A stretch of DNA of 64,000 nt from contig WELB01000016.1 in assembly GCA_009602725.1 (NCBI GenBank), positions 435,427 to 499,426 of the forward strand, given 5' to 3'. The position numbers were made by a program, and so were the translations under genes. Shown piece after piece: positions 25,466 to 37,829 of this stretch. Under the pieces are notes generated by a model. It was not told where the DNA came from. It worked only from the letters and a program-made list of their open reading frames with translations, and searched no databases. Within the stretch, counting starts at the first letter, position 1. Every line of letters starts with the position of its first letter. This DNA is from Spirogloea muscicola. Taxonomy: Eukaryota.

Positions 25466-26857
25466 GCAGCCGCCGCCGCCGCCGCCGCCGTTCACGGCGC
25501 CATTGATTTGCTGTCGGTTGTGAGACCAGCAGCCGTGGCCATGACGGCGGCAGGCTGCCACGAGGCGGTGAGTCCGTGAGGCCCGCTCAGGGAGCGGCGA
25601 TGGGCCGCGAGGGCCTCCGGAAGCGGCCGTTGCCTGGCCCTGCTTCCGACGTCGCTGGCCGCTGCGACGGCGCAAAGTGCGGGCGCCAAGCCAAGCCCGA
25701 CGTAGATGCAGCCAGGGACAGCAGCGGGCGGCCTTGTGGGGACCTCGGCGGCGCCGGCGGTGGCGCGGAAGCAGAAGCCGAAGCCGCTGCGGCGGGCTTG
25801 ACGCCGCTGACGCCGCCGCAGAAGGTGGCCAGAGCTGCGCAAGGTCAGTCTCGCAGCGTCAAGCAGGAGGAGGGTGATGAGACCCAGAGCTCCTCCAAGG
25901 AGGTCAAGAGTGCGAGCGCTGCTGCCGTCGAGGCCGAAGCTGGCAACCGCCCTGGCGGGCCCAGCGCCCCAGGCGACGACAGCCTCTTCGACGACCCAGC
26001 ATTCTGGGACGAAGTCATCGCGCAGGACGATCTGCGGGAGCGCTCCCAGCAAGCTAGCACAGCAGGCCCGCAGCCGAGCAGGCCAGCCCTGACGCCGCCG
26101 CCGGCCAAGACCGAGGTGGAGGAGGGCCTGCCAGCGCCAGTCGCTCCGCGGCGTCCGAAGCTGCAGCCCAGTGACCTGTCCAGAGAGGTCGTGATCAACC
26201 GCATGCCGGTGCTGACTCTGTGGGTCTCCATAGTGGCCGCAGCCGAGGGCTATGCCTGGCACGAGGCTCTCACCTTCGGGCGCGCCGTTGCCAGCAACTG
26301 CGCGCAGTCCAAGGCCGCACGGCTTGGCCTTGGCGTCGCCGGCAGCGTTGGCCCTGGCTGCTCGGGATGGCAGCCGACAGAGCAAGTCCCAGTCTTTGGG
26401 CAGCTCCTGCCAGCAGCCCGCACCAAGGACGGCCTGCGGGCGCTGCAGACCAATGGCTGCCCGATCGCGCCTCATGATGTCGATGCTTATCTTCGAAGCT
26501 CCTTCAAGTCCGACCTCCTTATCTGCCAAGGTTGGACATCGTGACCACCTTTGCCACCACTAACAGCCGCTGGCCACAACCTAGACCGTATTGCCCCTCA
26601 AACTGTAAACACTTGATTCAACGCCCGGCTGAGGACAGCATTGGTCCATATGCCGAGCTGATTCACGTGGAGTTGCGCCTGCAGCGGCTATGGAGGAGCT
26701 GGCAGCAGCTTGGCCGCCGGCGGAGATTGGTGAAGTGGCATACAAGCTGTACGAGGGCTTCCGGCCAGAGGTGCCCAAGGGTGCCACTGGTTGGGGCTTC
26801 CGCAACATCCTCGATCTACGCTGTGTTACCAGCCTCGCCTCGTATGCGCCTCAATAA
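25099..26857 (+). CDS. Hypothetical protein with a C-terminal conserved domain of unknown function
   Basis: Exon to 26530 (VINRMPVLTLW...EALTFGRAVA...SKAARLG) splices in phase to 26685-26857 (AAMEELA...AYKLYEGFRPEVPKGATGWG...*). The 5' part is interrupted by an N gap; the start is tentative. Confidence 0.7.
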
Positions 26858-27308
26858 TCTATACGGGTCAACCACTTGCTCAAATACTGTGCCTCAAAGG
26901 AAAATCCCCTGCAGGTATTCATATCTCTTTATCTAGGCCATCCCAGTGGCTCCCTCCAGCATATCCCACGGCGCAGTTTATAGTGGCTGGGCCGTCCTTA
27001 CCTGGGTGCAGCAACAGTATCAGCGCAGAATGCTGCTGAACAGTATTTGCAGATCGTCAAGATCTTGACAAGCGGTAAAAGCTGGAAGAGTCCCGGCTGC
27101 TTCTGGAGGGCCAGGTTGTATACAAGTAGTGCTTCGAGGCTGAGCTTAAATAATGTGTACACGTCCAAGGTGCTGCTTTGCAAAGCATCCTGGTGTTAGC
27201 ATCAAGTGTGAATTTAAAAGTCATGAGAATTCAACAATTAAAGAGAATAACAATGGCTATCTTTGCTAAAGATGTGGACTTCATGTCGGCTTGGCAGCAA
27301 GGGAGAGA

Positions 27309-29498
27309 TCAACTCCGACGCGGCCCCTGACGTTCCTTGCTGTCGTCGGCGGCAGCGGTCAGGCGGAGAGCTTGTGCGTGAATGTCGTCCAGAAGGTGGT
27401 CGAGTGAAATGTCGAAGGCGTCTCGCACAGATGGGTGACGTGCGCCAGGCTTGAAGTAGAGCAGGCCCGGGAGGATGTCCCTCACGATGGCCCGCCGCAT
27501 GGCGTGCACTCTCTGTTCTGGTACAGCGGCGAGCGAGGCGATGACGTTGACGGCATGGTCTGCAACGACCCATTCCGAAAAGAAGACGCTCCATGTGGCA
27601 TTGTCGGCAGGGAGGTGCCAGCGGTGGTCATATGCAGTACGGGGGTGGAAGAGCACTGGGATGCAGCCCGCAAGGAGAGCGTCGAAGACGGAGCGCCGCG
27701 TGGGGCTGTCGCCGCGCGGCTGCAGGCAGAAGGAGGAGTGCAGGAAGAGGTCGCCGACGGTTGCCTCAGGCCCCAAGCATGCGGTGCCGTGGCACTCGAG
27801 CAGCATGCACGCTGGGGCCCCTGCCGAACTGCACTGCTCCATGAGTATGCTCCGGATGCTGGTCGCATCCTCTGGCCGTGGCAGGCCTGCGAAGCTGACT
27901 AGGGTCGTCCGATGTGCCTGCAGCCAGTGGTTGTGGCAAAAGAAGTCAGTCTCTAAGTGAGACTTAAGATAGACAAAGCTAAAGTGATTGAGAATGGGTA
28001 GGGATCAGAGGTAGAGGGGCTTCGAAAGCAGCTGGTGCTCACAGAAAGGACGCGTCGCTGCCACAGCCGGAGGTCGCGCTCGGAAGCTGGGTGGAAGTAC
28101 ACAGGATGCGGCACAGAGTGGTCGCCCTGCTCATCTGGCCAGGCCTCAAGCGTGAGGCGTGCAACTGGCGCCATGGCCGCCGCGAACAGCAGATTGGAGC
28201 CCCACGTCCCATCGGGCATGTCAGGCTGCCGCCGGAAGTCGTCGGCGATTTTACCGAGCACCACAAAATGGTCGGCGCCGCCGCGGCGAGCAAACGGCGG
28301 CTGGTAGGCCAGCCACGCCAGCAGCTCCTGACCGAGCGCATCCTTGACGGCGGCAGGCGACCTGCGGAGGTTCCAGCGCAGGACGTCCCAGCCGGCGTAG
28401 AAGGGCACGTAGAAAGCGTCCGCTGCGTCTGCCAAAGCAGGTCGCAGTTCAGAGAGGCAATCTTGGCGCGCTGCCAGGCTAGCTGCCTTGACTCCGTGGA
28501 CTTTGCCCCGTCGTGTTGCTCTTGGGCATCGGCTTATGGGCACTCACCGGCATCAGTAGTGAGGCAGGCATGCTGGCGCATGATGGCGTGGAAGATGATG
28601 TCGAGCGAATACTGGTGCGTCTTGTACCACGCTCCTCGTGGGACTAGAACCTGCTTGGAGCGGGCCGCCAGCGCAGCCGCGGCGCCAGGATGAGTCGTCC
28701 AGGCGCGCACCTGCTGCTGCCCATGCAACATTGCGGCCAGAGGTGCTGTGTTCGCGGCCCAGTTTACCTCAGAGTCCAGCGCAGTGATGGCGCCCAGCCC
28801 CTCGTTTTCGAAGTGCTCGCAGGCGCTGCAGCAGTGCGTAACGCGGTCACCTCAGTCACGGCTCGCTTTCACTGCTGGCTATGGTCGTAAGCGGGGCTCT
28901 CAAGCCAATGCTGCCTCGTCCCGTGCGGCGTTGCGTACCTGGTCCAGGGGAAGATGTCGGCGCAGCCAGCGAGGAGGTCGGTGTTGAAGCGCGGAGGGAG
29001 GTCGTACATGTACACGCGCCGCCCGGCGCACAGGTCCTCGCCTCTGCCACCAGCGCCCGTCATTGCCTGTGTGCAAGCTCCTTCAGCATAAGGCCATTGC
29101 ATGAAGGAGCTCGGACACTGCAAGAGCGCAGCTGGCTCAGTGGCAAGCCACCATGGCGGCCATGGCGCAATGCAGCGAGCTCGGACGCACCTGCGGCCTT
29201 CGTCGGCCCGCCGCGTGACTTGGGCTCACTCGGCCAGCTGCTGCAGCTGAGGCGTCCGAGTCCTGCCGGGCTGGAGCGGCCGTGCCGGCAGGCCCTTCCC
29301 CGACGACGTTGGGGGCGGAGGCGACGGCCGCCGGCTCTCTCGGCCACGGCGAGGGTGCGGCGGCGTCGGCGGCGGCGGAGGCGGCGGCTCCGTGGAGCTC
29401 GCGCTCGAGGCGCTGCACTACGAGCGCGTCCCGTCCGAGCCAGGCCAGGACGGCGAGGAGCACGAGCGCGGCCACGGAGCCGCGCCGCCGCAGCGGGC
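27309..29498 (-). CDS. GT47/exostosin glycosyltransferase, xyloglucan galactosyltransferase (MUR3/KATAMARI-like) clade
   Basis: Type II membrane anchor ALVLLAVLAWL. Motifs CAGRRVYMYDLPPRFN, WYKTHQYSLDIIFH, AFYVPFYAG, GGADHF, FCLQPRGDSPTRRSVFDALLAGCIPVLF. Start probably lies in the N gap. Confidence 0.92.
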
Positions 29499-29777
29499 NN
29501 NNNNNNNNNNNNNNNNNNNNNNNNNNNNNNNNNNNNNNNNNNNNNNNNNNNNNNNNNNNNNNNNNNNNNNNNNNNNNNNNNNNNNNNNNNNNNNNNNNNN
29601 NNNNNNNNNNNNNNNNNNNNNNNNNNNNNNNNNNNNNNNNNNNNNNNNNNNNNNNNNNNNNNNNNNNNNNNNNNNNNNNNNNNNNNNNNNNNNNNNNNNN
29701 NNNNNNNNNNNNNNNNNNNNNNNNNNNNNNNNNNNNNNNNNNNNNNNNNNNNNNNNNNNNNNNNNNGGGGGGGGGGG

Positions 29778-30500
29778 GAGCAGCTCTTTCAAAAGGGGGG
29801 CGAGGGCCAGTGTAAAGCCAGAGGGCCCAATAAGACTAACAAGGTCCGGAAAGCGCTTGGGGGAAAGGCGTGGTCATCGAGTGGTCCGGGTGCCGCACTG
29901 GCCCAAGGCGAGAGGAACAAGAAGGTCGCTTCCAAACCTTCTGAGGGGAAGATACCAATGCTTCTGCCCAAGGCAAGGCCGAGGGCGCAGAAGCCCATCA
30001 AAGGAAGTCACGCTTTCAGAATTCATACTGACGACGGCTGCGACAGCAAGACCGTCCAGCCAGCCGGCACAGAGATGATGATCTCCGAAGGGGCCCACAG
30101 AGAAGAAAGTGCTCGCCCATAGAGAAGAGGGGCTGGCAAAGGCGCCACAAGCAAAACACCCGCACAGCTATGCCCAAAAGCGCCTGGAAAATCACGCTGT
30201 GGAGGTGGCCAGGGGGAGCCGAACAGGCGGCGGGGAGGGAAGCGGGAGAGTTCTCCGAAAGGCTGGCTTGCGGCCGAGCACGCGCTCCGGGAATCCCGCG
30301 GACGAGGCGGCCCGCCCAAGCCCGTGGCTCCCAGGTCGCAGGCAGCGGGCAGGGCGGCAAAAAGAAGAAACAGCTCATCCAATGTAAGGCAAAATCAAGA
30401 AGTGGCACTCCCAAGTGGGGGCAAGGGCTGTGAAAAGCCAGCCCGAAAATGGGTGTGAGAGGCCAGCCCCCAAAGGAATGTACAAAGTCTGAAGAAGGGC
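29778..30500 (-). repeat. Cluster of GGGCTGGC tail-motif copies
   Basis: Reverse-complement copies near 29780-29850, 30110-30145 and 30370-30500 (e.g. AAGTGGCACTCCC...GGGCTGTGAAAAGCCAGCCC). Confidence 0.7.
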
Positions 30501-30780
30501 GGAAGGAGGAAACAGCAATCCTATTTTTCCGTGTCTTTTCTGCAAGCGGACAAAACTCCCCTGCCCCCCACACCCCCGGGGCGGGCACGTTTTGCGGGCC
30601 GGCACCGCCCCCGTGCATGTCCCCGGGCCGTAGGCATCTTAATAGAAGACAACGCCAGCCGCCGCGTGGCAGAACAATGATCGAACGATTGTCCAAGATC
30701 CGACGGCTACAGGCCCCTGGTACACGCCGGTCTGCCATCGTCGTCCGCCCCCGACCCCAGGGCTCGTGCACGCCGGCGGG

Positions 30781-30975
30781 TGACGTCACCGTCGGCCTTG
30801 CGCCGCGAGTGCGCCGCGAGTGCGCCCTCGGCCGTGCCGGATCCGCCACATAGTGGATCTACCCGGAAGGAGGGGGTGCCACGTGGCGCCCGGGCGCGGG
30901 AGCGAAGGGGGTGAGGAAGTCGGCTGGCTCCCGGAGAACCGGCTCGGTCGCCGTGGAGCCGGGCGGTGACGTGGC
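30781..30975. promoter_or_regulatory. ACGT-core (C-box/G-box/ABRE-like) motifs upstream of the ATL gene
   Basis: TGACGTCA 30781-30788, GCCACGTGGC 30878-30887, TGACGTGGC 30967-30975. Motif match only. Confidence 0.3.
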
Positions 30976-31497
30976 AGCTGACGACCAGCCGAACCTGTCC
31001 GGGCCGGCCCCCCACCCACAACACCCCCAATAACATAATATTAACTATTACCCTCTATATTATTCACTTGGCTGGCATTTACAGCCGCTTTTCTGATATC
31101 GTCAACCATTCTCTTCTCCCGCCCGCCCCACCTGCTTCGCGAAGCGGCCGTGGCGGCGCGCCACCGGCAAGCCACGGCTCGTGGCACTCTTGCCCATGCC
31201 CAGCCACTACGCCCCTCGGAAGCGCCGCGCCTTCTTGCAGGCCGGGAGCCCCACGGAGCGGCCGGCCTCGCGAAGGTCCTGCGCCAGCGGCGCCGCCCAA
31301 ACCCCTCAGGCGGCCCGTCTAGCCTCGCCCTGCAAAGCCCGAGACGGGGCCTGCACTCGCCGCCTTCACCCTCAGGCTGACGGCTGAGGACTCGCGGCGC
31401 TTGAGCTCGTCGACGTGATGGCTCACCGTCCGTAGTCGCGAGGCCCGCAAGTGGGCAGTCGGAGCCGGCCAGGGGCCGTCGGAGCTGGCCCGGGGCC

Positions 31498-32635
31498 ATG
31501 GCGGCCGGGCCGGCGCCGTCTGGCTCCGACGACGGCGGCGGCAGCGCGGCCGCCTCGCCTCCTCACTTCAGCTCCGCCGTGGCGCTCGTCATCCTCGCCG
31601 TCGTGCTCTTCTTCGTCGCCCTCATCGCCGTCAAGTTCCACAGCGTCTGCTGCCACGTGGTTCTGAGCCGCCGGGGTGAAGCACCTCCGTTGCCAGCGCC
31701 GCTGCAAAGCAGAGCGGCGCCGCAGCACATGCTGCTCGCTGCGGGGGCGGCGCCGCCTGTACCCTCCGCCTGGCAGCCGCCGCCTCGCAGCCGGGGCTTG
31801 AGCGCCGAGGCGGTGGCGCTGCTGCCGAGCTACACGTTCTCCAGCATCGCCAGTGCCGATGGTGGCTGCGCGACCGAGGCCGGCGGCCGGGAGTGCGCTG
31901 TGTGCCTGGCCGAGTATGTGCATGGCGACACGCTACGGCGGCTGCCAGCATGCAACCACGCCTTCCATGCCGCATGCGTCGACCCCTGGCTAGGAGACCA
32001 CCAGTCCTGCCCAGTCTGCCGGTGAGCGAAGCGCTTATTCTTGATTTTCCCGTTGCCGAGCATCAAGTACAACATTGTCGATCACAACATTAAGGGGATT
32101 AGCAGTCCACTGCTTTCTGGCTGCGCTGCTTCTCAATGTCAGCAACCACTCTTTCATTGGTCTATCTCGGTGGCACTGCTGCAGGAAGTCCGTGTTGGCT
32201 GGCGAGCTCGCAGCTGGGCCCGAGAAGACGGGAGACCATCTGCCGCGGCTTCTCCCGGCAGAGAACCCCGCTGATGACAGCAGGGGGGCCGCTGGAGATG
32301 GCGCAGCCTCTGCAGGGGGCGTGCTGCCACTCGTGGAGGTTGTTGTGCAGGTCCCACCCTCAACTGTGGCAGGGACGACTGTGACAGCCTCGCCGGCGCA
32401 GGCGACGGTTGGTACTGCATCGCCTGCTGGCTTTTGGGGCACCATAGCCGGTAGGGCCGGAATCGATGACCGCCGCTCGCGGCGCTGGGACTTCGGTGGG
32501 ATCGACGTCGGAAGCCTCTCCTCGCCAGTACCTAGCAGCAGGAGCCCACCAGAGCCTGTGCAGGAGCCTGCACCGCCGCTCCTTTGGCGGTTCTTGTCAC
32601 GGCTTCGACAAACACCTGCTGCCTCGGGCACGTAG
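31498..32635 (+). CDS. ATL-family RING-H2 E3 ubiquitin ligase
   Basis: N-terminal TM helix, GLD-like [17 protein letters not shown]2 CAVCLAEY...[14 protein letters not shown]...CPVCR. Intron about 32022-32184. Confidence 0.9.
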
Positions 32636-34639
32636 ATTGCTGGTTGCTGCCAACCATAGCTACAACAGCTCTCAATGCCCAAATGCTAGCTCTAGGATTA
32701 GCACCACACATGCGCTAAGATGGGCGCACCCAGCGTTGCCAGATAATTGGATGGCTTATTGCAAGGCCCGTCAAGAGCCGCAGGTGCCAAGCTCCACCAA
32801 TCCCCCAGGTTGCCCTTCTGCTTCCACGATTTCCCAATCGTGGTCCTTCAGAAGCACTCCACCTATGCAGACCCATGCTTTCAAGTTACTCAGGTCGGAG
32901 GCCCAAAGCAGACTCTTAGCCAGTATATGGTCTTGGAGGTGTTTGGTGCTCGAGAAAACAGGCACGGTCCAAGGTGAACGTAACCTACCTCGACCAGGTC
33001 AATTCTCCGGTCTGTCATGTGAGGTGGTGTAGCTTGCATCATAATTGTTGACTGATCATGACGCGATTAGCGAGAAAGGATCGGCTGTCATCCACCTTCA
33101 ACAGTTAGCAGCCCCTGCCCGATGTATATCCTTCCTCTGTTCGCTATCTTACGATGGCTTCCCTCAAACCAACCCGCCCTCCTTGCTCCAAGCAGTCACG
33201 CACATGGGTCCAAAACCTTATACAGGCTTTCCCCCTTCTCCGAACAGCCCAGTCCAGTTGACTGTTCTGGCACTCTCTCTGACCAGGATGAACCGACATA
33301 TTTATGATTTACATGTTGCTACTTTCGTAGAGGAGCTAGTGCAGTTTGGAGCGCTGCAAAGATTACCCCTCACAAAAAAGTGATGAGGAAATTTGAGTGA
33401 AGAATTATTAAATTACGGGCGTCAAAGGCAGCTTCGTAGTCCTTATCAGTACTGATTCAAAGCCAGGACCAGCAAGCAAACGGAACGGGATCGGGATGTA
33501 GCGAACAGAGCAAAGCTTGACTCATCGATTGGTCTGCATACGTCGAATTTTCTGATAAGATGAACTCCACCGCCTTGTAGTTCATCAGATTTGTTGGCGT
33601 TGGCGACTAGGAGCGCGATGGTACATACGATTCTGTTACAAGGTCTGTGGTGGCCTCCGCGCCTCTCACATTACCCTCGTTGTGTCGACTCGACATTGGC
33701 TTAAGCGGCCATCATTGTACCAGAGGATTTCTTTCTCCCAAGCATCCCGTTTAGAGCTGGCAATGGGCGGAGAAGGCGCCTTGTGAAAGTGGAGCATGCT
33801 ATGCAGACCACAAGAGGAGGCAAGCAGTCAAGGGAAGTGCCGCTATTCATGTCAGGTAGGAAGACAGGATAACGAAGGAGCGTGCTAAGACTCTCACATC
33901 AATGTCATCTGCAAAGTAAAGGAGGAGTGAAGAGACCAAACGTCATAAGCGATGCCCACACGCCCCAGCATGAAGCCTGCATTTATTCTGGGCAGGCAGG
34001 TTTGCCCTACACGCCGCAGCAAAAGGCATGAAGCCTGGATCCTTCCTGATCAGGCTTGCAGCCTCGTAGCAACGTGCGTCAGTTTCTGAAGGAGGGAGGT
34101 ATAGACTGAGCAGGCAGATCCACTACTCCCTCGTGCTGCTCGTTGGCTTACCAGGCAGCTAGCATCCGGGCCTTGCGGTTGGGGGCAACTCATTCTCCAT
34201 TGGATAAACAGCGTTAGCTGAGGAGAAACAGCGTGACAGAGGGCCGTACCTCTGACGTACACAGGCAAGTACATCTACGTATGTAGGCAGACTGCTGCTA
34301 TGTCGACACGCAGGTGACCGCGGGTCAGGCATAGAGGTCGCCATGAAAAGCCCGTTCATCAGAGGGCAGGATTCCAAGCTCACTTGCCACCTGCTACAGC
34401 TCACCCAGCTATCAGATGCAGAGGATGGGCCTGGTCTGGCTGCAGACATACATGTACACGGCGGCGCAAGAACGACAGAAGTGCTGTCAGGAAGCCAATT
34501 TGGCTCAGTGCGCACCACCACGATGTGCATAAGGCTGGAAATCTCTCTCGCATGCGAGGTGCGGAAGCGAGGACATATGCACCCATAAAAGACGGTGCTG
34601 CACCTTCTGAGCTTTCCTGAGGAAATGGAGTGTGTAGTG

Positions 34640-35039
34640 AGTGATGGAGGGCCTGAATGGCCAAGTAGAGAGGCGAGCACATTGACAGATGTACTTCACC
34701 TGCTGCTAAGCTGACCCTCTCCGTAAACACGAGTCAGCACGTAGAGGTCGCTAACTGATGTCCGAAAACCAGACGGCAACTGACAAGCCCTTGTGCTGGC
34801 TGGCTGGCTTTTCCAGGCCCTATCCTCGCTGGGCGAGCCCCTTTCTTCTTGTGCCACCAGCTACAGCTCGACCACCTTCCGTGGTGGTGGTTTGGCTCCT
34901 CAGTATAGCTTGTCAGATATGTATGTGCTCACTCGGGGATATTTATGTCCCCCTTAGCCAGCTCATTACCCAGTTAAATAGGACAATTTGTAAGGCCAGA
35001 ATTGGCCTCCCTTTCAATTTCATGCGCATCGCGCGCCTT
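34640..35039 (-). mobile_element. Head plus CRE-like 3' remnant with a nested 51-bp tail insertion
   Basis: Head 35039-34877, then a GRAVAGGTR...SDLYVL remnant and 3' UTR. Insert 34797-34847 is flanked by CTTGTGC duplicates. Confidence 0.7.
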
Positions 35040-35109
35040 TCCCCCTCTCTTTCGTGAGGAAGGTGCGCGGAGCACCTCTGGCCGGGCGCAGCGCTCCGGG
35101 GGCCCCCGC

Positions 35110-36646
35110 ATGGCCGCCATGGCGGCCGCCTCCGCCGCCCGGGCCCCGGGCTTGCCGCCGCCGCCGCCGCCAGGAGCGCTGNGCGGCGGCAGCTGCAGCA
35201 GCAGTCCCTGCTATGCCAAGCTGCGGACGCCATGGCGGCCCCGTCCGACGGGCCCGGCGGCATCGGCCTCAGCGTGGGCGCCGGCGAGCCCGCCTCCGAC
35301 GGCTCCACGGCCGGCCTCCGGCCTCCGGCGGCGCCCACGCTGGCCCAGAAGGCGCGCGCCGCCGCCTTCTACTTCACCACCTTCGCGCTCGCCGTGCCGC
35401 TCTTCGCCGTCATGCTCGCGCTGCACCCGCTCGTCGTGCTGCTGGACAGGCACCGCCGCCGCGCCCACCACGCCGTCAACGCCGTCTGGGCCAACTGCAC
35501 GACGCGGCCATTCTACGCCACGGCGCTGGAGGGCGCGGAGCACCTGCCGCGCGCCGACGCGCCCGCCGTGTACGTCGCCAACCACCAGAGCTTCCTGGAC
35601 ATCTACACGCTCTTCCAGCTCGGCCGCCCCTTCAAGTTCATCTCCAAGACCTCCAACTTCCTCATCCCCATCGTCGGCTGGTCCATGTGGCTCACCGGCC
35701 ACGTCCCGCTCAAGCGCCTCGATAAGCGCAGCCAGATGGTGGGTCTCGGACGGCGTCGCCGTGACGGCCGTGCCTTTGCATGTCCTCCGCTCTTTGACTC
35801 GATGGCCTGGGCTTCGATAGGGGCACTACCCAAGAAGCGAGAATGCGTGTGATGCATGAGTTACAGCTGCACCATCTCTTTGCTCTGGCAGCAGGTTGTC
35901 GAGGATTCGATGGGCTTGCTCACTGTCGGAGAGTACAGGTAGCCATTAGAAGCTGGTTGACAGCCAGCTCGCGTCAACGTTGGACACCAATGCAGGAGTG
36001 CCTGAAGCTCTGCCTGGACCTCCTGAAGCGCGGCGTGCCGGTGCTCTTCTTCCCGGAGGGCACGCGCACCAAAGATGGCAAGATGGACGACTTCAAGGTC
36101 AGCTGTGCACGATGGCCACATTGTTCCTTTCTTGCTCCACCTCATCCCCATGTGCTCTCACTGTCTTGCAATCTCTCTCCTGCTCCTCACTCTCTGCCTC
36201 AGCCCTCCTCTTCCTGGGACTCCTGCTATCCTCTTCTTAATTCTTCTGCAAACATAAAGACTTATCATGCATGCGCCTCTAAGTACGTACTTGTCGTCGC
36301 CACTTGGTTGTGGCTTGCCACTCAGTGGCAGCCCCAGTAAAGCTCAGGGCCAGTCAATGGCTCGTTGATCTCGTGGTCATCTTGCCGCCGCTGTGTTGCA
36401 TGTGCGGTAATGCCACAGAAGGGCGCCTTCAGCTTGGCGGCCAAGACAGGTGTGCCGGTTGTGCCGATTGCACTGATTGGCACGGGTGACCTGATGCCCA
36501 ATGAGATGGAGAACAGCCTGCGGCCCGGCGCCGTGAAGGTGGTGATCCACCCACCCATCACCGGTGCCAATGCTGACGCCCTCTGCGCACAAGCAAGGGA
36601 GGTCATTGCTGCCACACTGCGCCGCCATGGCATGGGCGTGCGGTAG
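35110..36646 (+). CDS. LPAT1: 1-acyl-sn-glycerol-3-phosphate acyltransferase, plastid type
   Basis: NHQSFLDIY, FKFISKTSNFLIPIVGWSM, FFPEGTR, KGAFSLAAKTGVPVVPI. Exons about 35110-35738, 35996-36097, 36419-36646. An n at 35182 lies in the presumed transit peptide. Confidence 0.93.
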
Positions 36647-37829
36647 CAAGGAGATATTGAATGTGAAACCCCTAATTTTTTCCTTGCTCTTCTTGATTAC
36701 TTTGAAATGTTCAGAAATTAGCAATTGAATGCCCTTCAGCAGTGTGGCCTGCCAGCGTGGCAGTGTCCATGAAGTGTCAGCTTCGGATGGAGACTGCCAC
36801 GCTGGTACATGCCCCGAAGACTGCGACTGAGGGCCCTGTATTCAATGGATGACTGCCCAGTCTCAGGACTTTGACAGCGGCGTTGACATTGTTGGCAGAG
36901 CTCTCATTGCAAACATGCAGAGGCGTTGGCACCATCTTCCCTATCAATGCCCGCAACATCTAGTGTCTAGAGCTCCGGTTCAGCAAGGAACTGGACACCA
37001 ATTTTGACCAGCAAGGTCACAAGCACAACTGTGACACTTTGTGGATGCTTAGGTGCCATATGGCAATTCTCATGTATCAGCTTCTTCAGAATGCCCTGCT
37101 ACAAGGTGCTCCACCAAACATTTGCCATGCCCGGCATCTCATTGTCAAACACCAATGATCATGTGTGCAATGTGGCGCAAGCCGACCATTTGATGAGTTT
37201 CTGCTGAAAGCAAAGCTCAGGCTGGTCCAGCGGGGGACAAACTATCTCAGCAAGTTGCAGAGATTTAGTCCATTTGCAGGCAAATGGACTAATGCATCAA
37301 TATGCTGGATAATCAAGAACATCCCACAGGCCCCAACACCAGTTCCTGCCTGTGATGGCCAGGCCTAGCAAGCATGCAGTCCTACCACTCACTGAATCAA
37401 AACCAGCTCCAGCTGCTCCTGGGAACAGGTTACAATATCAGATGTGCTTTAACGGTGAAGTGAAAATGTGTACGTCCAGAAGTCTGATTTACCTGGACAG
37501 AGTCTGTCTGTGATCAACTTGTGCACACAAAGAAATTCGTTCGATCGTGCACCTTCTTATTGTGCTGGGTGTTATTGTGCTGGATTATATCCAGTCCAAT
37601 ACAAGCAGTGTGGCCCTTTGCATGGGATGAGATGCAGGGGCGCAAGCGGTTCCTTTAAGTTGTCGGCATCTGAAATCTTTTTCGAAGGCCTTTGTGGTCA
37701 GTAACAGTGTATCATGAGGTGGGGTAGAGGGACTCTTGTGCGCTAGACCCACACTCCTTAGTTGCGCAGGACTAAGCTAAATGCCGGCAAGCTGAGAAGG
37801 GAAGACGCTTATCTGCCATGTGATATCTG

